Origin: Dehalococcoidia bacterium
Lineage (GTDB): Bacteria > Chloroflexota > Dehalococcoidia > Plut-88900
DNA length: 64,000 nucleotides
Assembly: GCA_965197645.1 (NCBI GenBank)
Contig: OZ240219.1
Location: 768,001 to 832,000 of the forward strand
Direction of reading: 5' to 3'
How positions within the stretch are numbered: position 1 is the first letter of the stretch; each line of letters opens with the position of its first letter. Positions 1 to 7,460 of this stretch are shown here, piece by piece. Below the pieces are notes generated by a model. The model ran no database searches and had not been told where the DNA came from. It saw only the letters and a list, made by a program, of their open reading frames with translations. The position numbers were made by a program, and so were the translations under genes.

Positions 1-66
1 GTGAAGTACGGGCGGCGTAAGCCTCCAGGGTGGCGTCCGTACCTGCGCACGGGAAAGCTCCCTTGA
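1..66 (+). CDS. Possible 3' end of a gene entering the window (VKYGRRKPPGWRPYLRTGKLP*)
   Basis: Open frame from base 1 to TGA at 64-66, followed directly by REP-like repeats; too short to identify. Confidence 0.3.
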   Translation: MKYGRRKPPGWRPYLRTGKLP

Positions 67-83
67 ATGAAAGCCTGGGCTGA

Positions 84-490
84 GATTGCCACGCCCCGAC
101 TTTGTCGGGTCTCGTAATGACGAGGTGGTCGTTGCGAGCGAGGGGAGAGTTAGCCCTGGGGGGTGGAAGAGGGCGAAGCAATCTGGGTCGGAGGGGTATA
201 TGCCCCTGCCAGTCAACAGCCAGGCCTGGCTAGATTGCCACGCCCCGACTTCGTCGGGTCTCGCAATGACGAGGTGGTCGTTGCGAGCAACGGGGGAGGT
301 CGTCTTGAGGGAGTCGAAGGGAGCGAAGCAATCTGGGCCGGGGGGGTATATGCCCCTGCCAGTCAACAGCCAGACCTGACTAGATTGCCACGCCCCGACT
401 TCGTCGGGTCTCGCAATGACGAGGTGGTCGTTGCGAGCGATGGGAGAGTTAGCCCTGGGGGTGGAAGAGGGCGAAGCAATGTGGGCCGGA
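84..490 (+). repeat. Three tandem ~150-bp units of REP-like family 1 (GATTGCCACGCCCCGAC..TCGGGTCTCGCAATGAC paired with GTCGTTGCGAGC..GCGAAGCAATC)
   Basis: Core starts at 84, 233 and 383; each unit has internal hairpins and inverted ends. Confidence 0.9.
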
Positions 491-514
491 GGAAGGGAAG
501 GCACGCCTCATTTT

Positions 515-2152
515 TCAGACGGGCGACAGTCCCGTTTCGGAGATCTCCAGCACGTCGCCTTTGAAGTGATCGATGAACCAGCGGTCGTGGGAGGCGGCTA
601 TCACCGGGCCGGGCCACTCAGCAACCGTAGCTTCGAACGCTTCGAGGACATCCAGGCTCAGGTAGTTGGTAGGCTCGTCCAGGATCAGCAGGTTGGGCTC
701 CGAGGCGATGAGGCGAGCGATCTCCACCTTTCTCAGCTGACCAACGCTCAGCTGGCGCAGGGTCTTGCCGATGTCGTCTTCCCGGAACAGGCCGTATCGC
801 AGCAGGTCAAAAGTGAAGTCCCCCTGGTATCCCACCAGGCCTTCCCGGTACGCTTCCAGCACGGTACGTCCAAGGTCGTCGAACAGGGACTCCTGGGGCA
901 GGTATCCCGCCCGCGCTCTCGGTGCGAAGGCGATCTCTCCCTCGTCCGGCGCTTCGTCGCCGGCCAGGATGCGCAGCAGGGTGGTCTTACCGGACCCGTT
1001 GGGGCCGACTATCGCGACCCTGGAATCGCGATTCAATGTGAGGTCCAGGTCGTTCAAGATACAATTAGAGCCGTACCGCTTGGTCACCCCGGTAGCCTTG
1101 GCGACGATGGCAGACCGGATGGATAGCGGCGTCAGCCCGGCCGTAACTTTCAAAGGCCGGGGCGGCTTGGGTACCGGGTCCTGCATGATTCGCTTGAGGC
1201 GCTCCTCGGCGGCGCGCACGCCTCGGGACACGCTCTCCTGCGCCCGCTCCGCCTTGTAGTTGGGGATGTACTTGTCCCGATCCCTGGGCGTGCGGGTGGC
1301 CCGGACGGCACGACCGCCCGTCTTGACGGTCCTCCTCAGAGCGCTGATCTCCTCCTGTTGCTGCTCGTAATCGGCTTCCCATTTCTTTCTACGGGCGTCC
1401 TTGGCCGACCGGTAGGCATCGTAGTTGCCGGGGTATCTCTCGATCTCGTGGCTATGCTCGTCGATTTCGTAGATCTGGGTTGCCAGGCTGTTCAAGAACC
1501 GCCGGTCGTGGGATGCCGCTAGGATCGACTTTCCGAACTGGCGCAGATAGGTTTCGAGCCACTCGAGGCCGCTCCGGTCGAGGTGATTAGTCGGTTCGTC
1601 CAGCAGGAGCAGGTCGGGGTCGGTCAGCAGGAGCATGGCGAGGTTAACCCGCGCCCGCTCTCCCCCCGACAGGCTGTGCACGCTCCTCGTCCGCTCGATA
1701 TGGGCGATGCCCAGACCTTCGAGCACGATCTCTATCCTGTGATCGAGCTCGTATCCTCCCCGCTCCTGGAACACGGTGGAGATTTCTCCGTACTCTTCCA
1801 GCAGGCGCGCAAGCTCTTCGCCGGCAGCATCCGACATCGCATTCTCGATGCTTCGCATGCGCTGGCCCATCTGCTGGAGATCTCCGACCGACGCTTGAAG
1901 CAGCTCATCGATGGTCCTGCCTTGGAAATCGGGAATCGTTTGGGGAAGGTAGGCGACCATCGCCGAAGTTGGGAGGGTCACCCGCCCCGAGTCCTGCGGC
2001 TCCCGACCGGCCAGGATCTTCAGGAGCGTTGTCTTCCCGACGCCGTTGGCCCCGACGAGTCCCGCCTTCTCTCCAGGGCCCAGGGAGAACGAGACCTTTT
2101 GAAGGACCGTGGTTGGGCCGTACGATTTGGATAGATTGTTGACCGTTAGCAA
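515..2152 (-). CDS. ABC-F family ATPase (ribosome-associated, possibly an antibiotic ribosome-protection protein)
   Basis: Two NBDs (GANGVGKT, LSGGE, LLLDEPTNHLD; GPNGSGKT, LSVGQ, LILDEPTNYL), charged interdomain linker, no TM segments. Confidence 0.9.
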   Translation of the reverse strand: MLTVNNLSKSYGPTTVLQKVSFSLGPGEKAGLVGANGVGKTTLLKILAGREPQDSGRVTLPTSAMVAYLPQTIPDFQGRTIDELLQASVGDLQQMGQRMRSIENAMSDAAGEELARLLEEYGEISTVFQERGGYELDHRIEIVLEGLGIAHIERTRSVHSLSGGERARVNLAMLLLTDPDLLLLDEPTNHLDRSGLEWLETYLRQFGKSILAASHDRRFLNSLATQIYEIDEHSHEIERYPGNYDAYRSAKDARRKKWEADYEQQQEEISALRRTVKTGGRAVRATRTPRDRDKYIPNYKAERAQESVSRGVRAAEERLKRIMQDPVPKPPRPLKVTAGLTPLSIRSAIVAKATGVTKRYGSNCILNDLDLTLNRDSRVAIVGPNGSGKTTLLRILAGDEAPDEGEIAFAPRARAGYLPQESLFDDLGRTVLEAYREGLVGYQGDFTFDLLRYGLFREDDIGKTLRQLSVGQLRKVEIARLIASEPNLLILDEPTNYLSLDVLEAFEATVAEWPGPVIAASHDRWFIDHFKGDVLEISETGLSPV

Positions 2153-2346
2153 AGTGATAGCCTCGTTCCAGCTGGAGACGCGCAGAGAGCGATAGTGGGG
2201 CTACTTGGTACAGTCGGAGACCGGTCGGTGCAGCGATGGTGAAGGGCCGGAGCTGCGACGTCGGCTATAACGAATCCGTGGAAGATTCGTCTGGGCGGGA
2301 CGTGGCCGCGGCGATCACGTCCCGGGTCCGCTCAGCCGCTATGTGT

Positions 2347-2361
2347 CTAGCGAGGTCTCAT
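2347..2361 (-). promoter_or_regulatory. Putative leader uORF MRPR* in the structured 5' leader of the ABC-F gene
   Basis: Minus strand reads GGAGTG-ATG AGA CCT CGC TAG; the SD lies in hairpin CTCCACCCT-CAC-AGGGTGGAG; further hairpins lie downstream. Confidence 0.55.
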
Positions 2362-2388
2362 CACTCCACCCTGTGAGGGTGGAGCTTG

Positions 2389-2397
2389 ATTATAGCA
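2389..2397 (-). promoter_or_regulatory. Extended -10 promoter (TGCTATAAT) for the ABC-F leader
   Basis: Minus strand GTGCTATAAT, just upstream of the leader hairpin. Confidence 0.6.
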
Positions 2398-2566
2398 CGG
2401 GGGGGGGGGTGACATTGCGTTGAGGGGGGCAGATGAGAGGTCGTTGTAGCCTTGCCCATAGCTACAAGCCGGGCAATCGTGTCTCTCTGGGGATTTCTGG
2501 CATTCCGGCGCAGTCACTGGCTAAACACGTCGGTGGGCAAAATGGTGGTCATCCCCGCATTGTCCG

Positions 2567-3112
2567 TTACCGACAGGCGTCGGGTTCGCGGTCATGTTCT
2601 CCCCCGGCAGCTAACTGTGGTGGGTAGTATTCCATTATCCGGGCTATCTCATCAATGACTTCGCTCAGCGTAGGGAACTGGAAGCGTTCCAGTTTCTCGT
2701 AGCCGATTTGTTCTCCCGTCTGTGGGTTGAAGACCCTGTGGTGATAATCTTGATCACGCTCATGGACATTATGATATCGCAGTACTGGAGTTTCGAGCTG
2801 TCCATGCCTCCGAGGAATCCACGCGACGTATCGGTATCTTACCCCGCGAACTTTGCGCCTGCCGGCAACGGTTTGGGCCTCAAGTGTCTTCTCGACTTCT
2901 AAAACGACGTTCTGCTGGCAGAACACCCGTCCTGTCAGGACGATGAGGTCGGGATGACTCTCTTCATACCTGAGAGTATGAGGCTTGCTTGAGTTTATGA
3001 ACTCATGGGCGTCGAGGCGCTTTTCGTGGATGAGCTTATAGTTTTCCCAGTTGTTCCATTGGTGCGGGTCTGGTTTCTCAAGTATTCCAGCACGTGATAG
3101 TCGGACATCCAC
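2567..3112 (-). CDS. Putative toxin, TumE/DUF6516-like (start uncertain)
   Basis: YRY..LRYHNVH..YHH motif resembles the DUF6516 RYDN..H..HH motif; overlaps the small upstream gene. Confidence 0.55.
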   Translation of the reverse strand: MDVRLSRAGILEKPDPHQWNNWENYKLIHEKRLDAHEFINSSKPHTLRYEESHPDLIVLTGRVFCQQNVVLEVEKTLEAQTVAGRRKVRGVRYRYVAWIPRRHGQLETPVLRYHNVHERDQDYHHRVFNPQTGEQIGYEKLERFQFPTLSEVIDEIARIMEYYPPQLAAGGEHDREPDACR

Positions 3113-3264
3113 CTAAGCTTCTCCGCGGTCTCCCGCTCAGTGCCATGTGACAGGGCTTTCGCCATATCACGGGAGTGCATTTCATAGCGATTCTCGTATT
3201 TGGAGATGCGATCCTCCAGTATCTCGCTCATCTTCTCGTCCATGGTAAGAAAGGGGATCTCCAT
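2995..3264 (-). CDS. Putative antitoxin, TumA-like
   Basis: Strong SD (AGGAGGAGG); ISKYENRYEMHS..LRW pattern resembles TumA-type antitoxins. Confidence 0.55.
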   Translation of the reverse strand: MEIPFLTMDEKMSEILEDRISKYENRYEMHSRDMAKALSHGTERETAEKLRWMSDYHVLEYLRNQTRTNGTTGKTISSSTKSASTPMSS

Positions 3265-3507
3265 GTTCCTCCTCCTTTGCTACTGTGCAGATAATAACTC
3301 TACGGCTACACAGCGAGTGGAGTTGGGTGTTCCCGTCGCTCTCTAGTAGGACCGACTCTGGTGTCAGGTCTCATCATTCCACCCGTGGAGGGTGGACCGC
3401 AAGTATAGCATGGGGGGGAGTGGGCTGATATTGCGTTGGGGGGGATGGGTGGGCGTTCCAGTATCGGATTGTGATATGTGGAGCGGTCTGCCGGGATTAA
3501 CCGTAGC

Positions 3508-4101
3508 CTATCTTGAGGAATCCTCTGATGATTCCCACGGCTCAACTCCCGAATTGTTGAACCCCTGGAAGAAGGATACTCTCTTGCCTCTAACCATACC
3601 CTCGGCAGAACGCCAGTCTACGTCGATGTCGGGAGATTGCCCATCTCCCCATGACGTATTCGTATTCGCACCTGAAATGCGGTCTCTCCAGTTGTTAGCG
3701 CTGTGACAGAAGCCTACTTTTCCCGACCACCTGCCGAGTTCAGCATAGGACCACTTTTCTCCATCATAGAGAAATCCCAGAACGCTGGTGTCGTACCCTC
3801 TGGGATTTTGGACACGCCGTGGTGTATCGGGAATCAAAAGAACTTCTTGAGGAGTGCCGTGGATCGCATCCTCATATTTCACAAGCTCGGGGAAACGAGG
3901 AACGGCATCCCACTTCAGGCCTCCCTTGCATTCAACGTACACGGTAGTGTCGCCTCTGAGAACGAAGTCCGGCCGCCATCCGCCAAGCGGATGCTTCGCC
4001 TGTTCCCATCTCCAGCCATATCTATTGAACAAAGCTGCACAGGTAGCTTCATGAAACGTGTCGAATTCATTGTTTTGGAACCGTATCTTTTCCGTGTTCA
4101 T
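3508..4101 (-). CDS. PD-(D/E)XK nuclease-like hypothetical protein
   Basis: WRPDF..VECKG motif; SD GAGAG; located just downstream of tRNA-Leu. Confidence 0.6.
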   Translation of the reverse strand: MNTEKIRFQNNEFDTFHEATCAALFNRYGWRWEQAKHPLGGWRPDFVLRGDTTVYVECKGGLKWDAVPRFPELVKYEDAIHGTPQEVLLIPDTPRRVQNPRGYDTSVLGFLYDGEKWSYAELGRWSGKVGFCHSANNWRDRISGANTNTSWGDGQSPDIDVDWRSAEGMVRGKRVSFFQGFNNSGVEPWESSEDSSR

Positions 4102-4198
4102 GCTACTCTCCCTCTATACTTTGGCGAGGCTTAACCTCTTGCTGACGCCGACCACGTTCTGGTCTCCTTGCTGCTTAACCGAGTCGGTGGGTGGAATG

Positions 4199-4285
4199 TG
4201 GTGCCGAAGCCCGGACTCGAACCGGGACAGGGTTTCCCCCAACGGTTTTTGAGACCGTCGCGTCTGCCAATTCCGCCACTTCGGC
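4199..4285 (-). tRNA. tRNA-Leu (CAA)
   Basis: GCCGAAG acceptor stem, anticodon arm ACGGT-CTCAAAA-ACCGT, long variable arm, TTCGA loop, encoded CCA. Confidence 0.95.
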
Positions 4286-4370
4286 CTATAAAAGGCTGCT
4301 GAAATACCCCCCGGCAAAGGGGCTTTGCCCCTCTGCACACCCCGTACTTCATCAACCCCTTAAAATGAAA

Positions 4371-4446
<76 letters not shown>

Positions 4447-4508
4447 AACCGGTTGCATTCCTAGTTTAGCCCGTCGAGGCGTCGGTTCTCAACCCCCACT
4501 AAAGAGTG

Positions 4509-4641
4509 TGTCTCAAAGAGCCGGGCCTCTTTGTCCCGCCCACCCGCCCTGGAACGGTTTTGTAAATGGGGGCACATCCCCCAGGCCCCCTGCCAGAGGG
4601 AAGTATCCCTCTGGACTCCCTGAAATCAGGGTTCTGAGACA
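4509..4641 (-). repeat. Repeat family 2 (MITE/REPIN-like, ~133 bp, TGTCTCA..TGAGACA ends, core GGGAGTCCAGAGGG..CCCTCTGGCAGGGGG)
   Basis: Homologous to 52554-52686 and 38844-38930; a degenerate core also lies at 4307-4343. Confidence 0.8.
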
Positions 4642-4736
4642 ATCTCTATACCGCCTTCCATCGTGTTATACTAGGCGCCGACTAGTGAAACGAGTCTATC
4701 CATAGCGAAACACCTGGCACTGTTTCAGACAACCCC

Positions 4737-5756
4737 ATGGCCCAAGTCCTCTACGTAACGTCCACCGAATCCCGCACCGGTAAGACCGCTTTGGCCGCAT
4801 CGCTGGTCGCCGGCTGGCAGGAAGCAGGCCGCAAGGTCGAGTACCTGCGACTGGCCCGGGGCTCCTCGTCGGGTGACGAAGAGTTCCTGTTCGCCCGGCA
4901 GGCCCTCGGCCTAGGAGGCGAGCCGGACCAGCCATCGATCATATCGGTGGGCTCCAGCTCAGCCGAGGCCGCTCTGGAGCAGCTGAGCCCGAGGGTGGAG
5001 CAGGCCGCCGCGGACGCCGACATTGTGGTCATAGAGAGCCCGGAGGCCTTTGCCAATATCTCTCCGGCCATCGTCGAGGCCCTCCAGGCGAAGGTCGCTC
5101 TGGTGATCCGCTATGTTCGAGGGATGGAGACCGACCAGGTTCTCACCGCAGCCCAGCCCTACGGCGACTCCCTAGCCGGAGTGGTACTAAACGCCGTGCC
5201 CAAGCTCGGCTGGCGCATCGCCACAACCGAGTTCTCGCCGGCACTGACCGAGGCCGGTGTGACGGTGTTGGGGATGGTGCCCGAGAGCCGGGTCTCGCTG
5301 GGCATAACCGTCGATTCCCTGGTGGAACGGCTGGGCGCCCAGTACGCCTTCGAAGGGGAGAACGGCAGCTCCCTGGTGGAGAACTTCCTCATCGGGGCCA
5401 ACGTGCTGGACGCCGCGGGCTATCCCGCCGGGCCTCTATACTTCGGGAGGATGGAGCAGAAGGCCGTCATCGCCAAGGGCGATAGACCCGATTTCCACTG
5501 GGCGGCCATGGACGCCGACACGCTGTGCGTGATCCTCACCGGCAACCACCAACCGATCCCCTACGTGCTGGAAAAGGCCAAGGAGACGAAGGTCCCCCTG
5601 GCCGTGGTGGAAAAGGACACCCTGGACACCATGGCCGAGGTTGAGCAGATCCTGGCCGAGGCCCGGTTGGACGCGCCCGTCAAGCTGGAGAGACTCAGGG
5701 ACCTCTTCGTCGGCAACGTGGACCTGGACGCTATCAACTCCGCCCTGGGTATCTAG
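4737..5756 (+). CDS. Phosphotransacetylase N-terminal-like (AAA_26 + DRTGG) protein
   Basis: P-loop STESRTGKT; AKGDRPD..ILTGN DRTGG-like region; no catalytic Pta domain. Confidence 0.8.
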   Translation: MAQVLYVTSTESRTGKTALAASLVAGWQEAGRKVEYLRLARGSSSGDEEFLFARQALGLGGEPDQPSIISVGSSSAEAALEQLSPRVEQAAADADIVVIESPEAFANISPAIVEALQAKVALVIRYVRGMETDQVLTAAQPYGDSLAGVVLNAVPKLGWRIATTEFSPALTEAGVTVLGMVPESRVSLGITVDSLVERLGAQYAFEGENGSSLVENFLIGANVLDAAGYPAGPLYFGRMEQKAVIAKGDRPDFHWAAMDADTLCVILTGNHQPIPYVLEKAKETKVPLAVVEKDTLDTMAEVEQILAEARLDAPVKLERLRDLFVGNVDLDAINSALGI

Positions 5757-5852
5757 CCCGTTCGTCGTTCCCATTATTGTTCCCCACAGGCCCTTTTGAT
5801 ATAATTCGCGCCTGTTCGCTGCGCGGGCAAATCCACACAGGGGGGCGGGTGA

Positions 5853-6209
5853 TTGAATGTCCTAGGCACTCACATTCTGCTGGATCTCAAAGACTGCGAT
5901 AGAGAAATCCTAGACGACCAACCCCTCGTCAAGGAAGCCCTCGTATCCACTGCCAACGAAGCCGGAGCAAAGACACTGGGCGAGTCCTTCCACAAGCTTC
6001 ACCCCCGGAGCGTCACCGGCGTCCCTCCCATCTCCGAGTCTCACCTCTCCGTCCACACAGCCGCCGTAGACGTCTTCACCCGTAGCAAGTCCATCGATGC
6101 CGACCGCGTCGTCGACCACCTCGTAGCGAGGTTCAAGTCCAGGAATCCCGCCGTCACCAAGCTGGACAGGGGGGTGCTTGCCCCTAACAAAGTCGAAGCA
6201 GCCGACTAG
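5853..6209 (+). CDS. speD: S-adenosylmethionine decarboxylase proenzyme, degenerate (possible pseudogene)
   Basis: G-H..DL..C and ESHLSVHT retained; WPExGY segment missing and FTC changed to FTR; upstream of speE. Confidence 0.75.
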   Translation: MNVLGTHILLDLKDCDREILDDQPLVKEALVSTANEAGAKTLGESFHKLHPRSVTGVPPISESHLSVHTAAVDVFTRSKSIDADRVVDHLVARFKSRNPAVTKLDRGVLAPNKVEAAD

Positions 6210-6224
6210 GCGCCGGTCGAACAG

Positions 6225-7139
6225 ATGGAGAGGGAAAGCAACACCTGGTTCCGCGAGGCCCTCTCCGAAAACGTCTACCAGGAATGCCTGCTCCTCGATA
6301 CCGTCCACTCCGTCCAAAGCCCGTACCAGTGGATCCAGGTCCTGGACACGTCCCCCTACGGTCGGATGCTGGTCCTCGACGGCAAGACCCAGTCCGCGGA
6401 ATCCGACGAGTTCATCTACCACGAAGCCCTGGTCCATCCTGCACTGATCGCGCACCCCAACCCCCAGCGGGTGTTCATCGCCGGCGGCGGGGAAGGGGCC
6501 ACGCTGCGTGAAGTGCTGGCCCACAACACGGTTACCCAAGCCGTTATGGTCGATATCGACGAGCAGGTGATCGAGGTTTCCCGGAAGTATCTCCCCGGCT
6601 GGCACCGTGGTGCCTTCGACGATCCGCGCGCCGAGATCCGTTACGAGGACGCCCGAAAGCCCCTGCTGGAATCAACGGAGCAGTACGACGTCATCCTCAT
6701 AGACCTATCGGACCCCGTGGAAGGGAACCCCTCGGCCCCCCTCTTCACCAGGGAGTTCTACGAAATGGCGTTGGAGCGGCTGACCTCCACAGGCATGATC
6801 AGCCTCCAGGCCGAGTCTACCGAACACATGATGAACGAGGCTTACACCGGCATCTGTAACACGGTAAAGGCCGTCTTCCCCACGGTGTTCCCCTACACCA
6901 TAGGCGTCCCCTCCTTCGGGGTAGAGTGGGGATTTGTCATGGCCGCCAAGTCGCATGAGGTAGTTCTTCCCTCCGCCGAAGAGGTGGACAAGGCGATAGT
7001 GGCCAGGGTCACCTCCAAGCTGCGGGCTTACGACGGCGAGTCCCACATGCGCATGTTCTCGCTGCCGCTCCAGCTCAGGGACGCCCTCGCCGCCGAGACC
7101 AAGGTCATCACCGAGAGCGATCCCCTGGTGGTGGCCTGA
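6225..7139 (+). CDS. speE: Polyamine aminopropyltransferase (spermidine synthase)
   Basis: LVLDG..QS..DEFIYHEALVHP, GGGEGAT, VDID and DVILIDLSDP motifs. Confidence 0.93.
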   Translation: MERESNTWFREALSENVYQECLLLDTVHSVQSPYQWIQVLDTSPYGRMLVLDGKTQSAESDEFIYHEALVHPALIAHPNPQRVFIAGGGEGATLREVLAHNTVTQAVMVDIDEQVIEVSRKYLPGWHRGAFDDPRAEIRYEDARKPLLESTEQYDVILIDLSDPVEGNPSAPLFTREFYEMALERLTSTGMISLQAESTEHMMNEAYTGICNTVKAVFPTVFPYTIGVPSFGVEWGFVMAAKSHEVVLPSAEEVDKAIVARVTSKLRAYDGESHMRMFSLPLQLRDALAAETKVITESDPLVVA

Positions 7140-7192
7140 GACGGGCTACATGCCCATCCCACCCGGGTTAGTTTGCCCTCCATCCCACCCCA

Positions 7193-7312
7193 GATTGCTT
7201 CGCTCCCTTCCATTCCACTCAGGACTCTCCCTCGCTCGCAACGACGGCAACAGCAACACTGAGCCCTTACCCTCGTCATTGCGAGCCTCGACAAGGTCGG
7301 GGCGTGGCAATC
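7193..7312 (-). repeat. REP-like family 1 unit
   Basis: GATTGCTTCG..CTCGCAACGAC ... GTCATTGCGAG..GGGGCGTGGCAATC. Confidence 0.85.
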
Positions 7313-7460
7313 CAACCAGGTCTGACCGTTGCCCCGGCAAAAGCATATGCCCCACGCATCCCGGATTGCACCCGCGGACTGCCGGCAAAACGGTTTCGCC
7401 TGGAACCACCCCCTGATTGCGCGCCTCAGAGGAGCGTGTCGTTGATATAATCGGTTGGCA

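Noticed and set aside
84-490. CRISPR array
   Set aside because: The 150-bp units have near-identical 'spacers', the same repeat is dispersed elsewhere, and no cas genes are present; this is a REP-like mosaic.
86-617. ORFs 86-379, 163-564 and 363-617, and similar ORFs near 33180-33642
   Set aside because: These are translations of repeat DNA with no protein-family motifs.
2430-4198. Integrative element at tRNA-Leu
   Set aside because: Accessory genes follow the tRNA, but I found no integrase and no duplicated tRNA 3' end.
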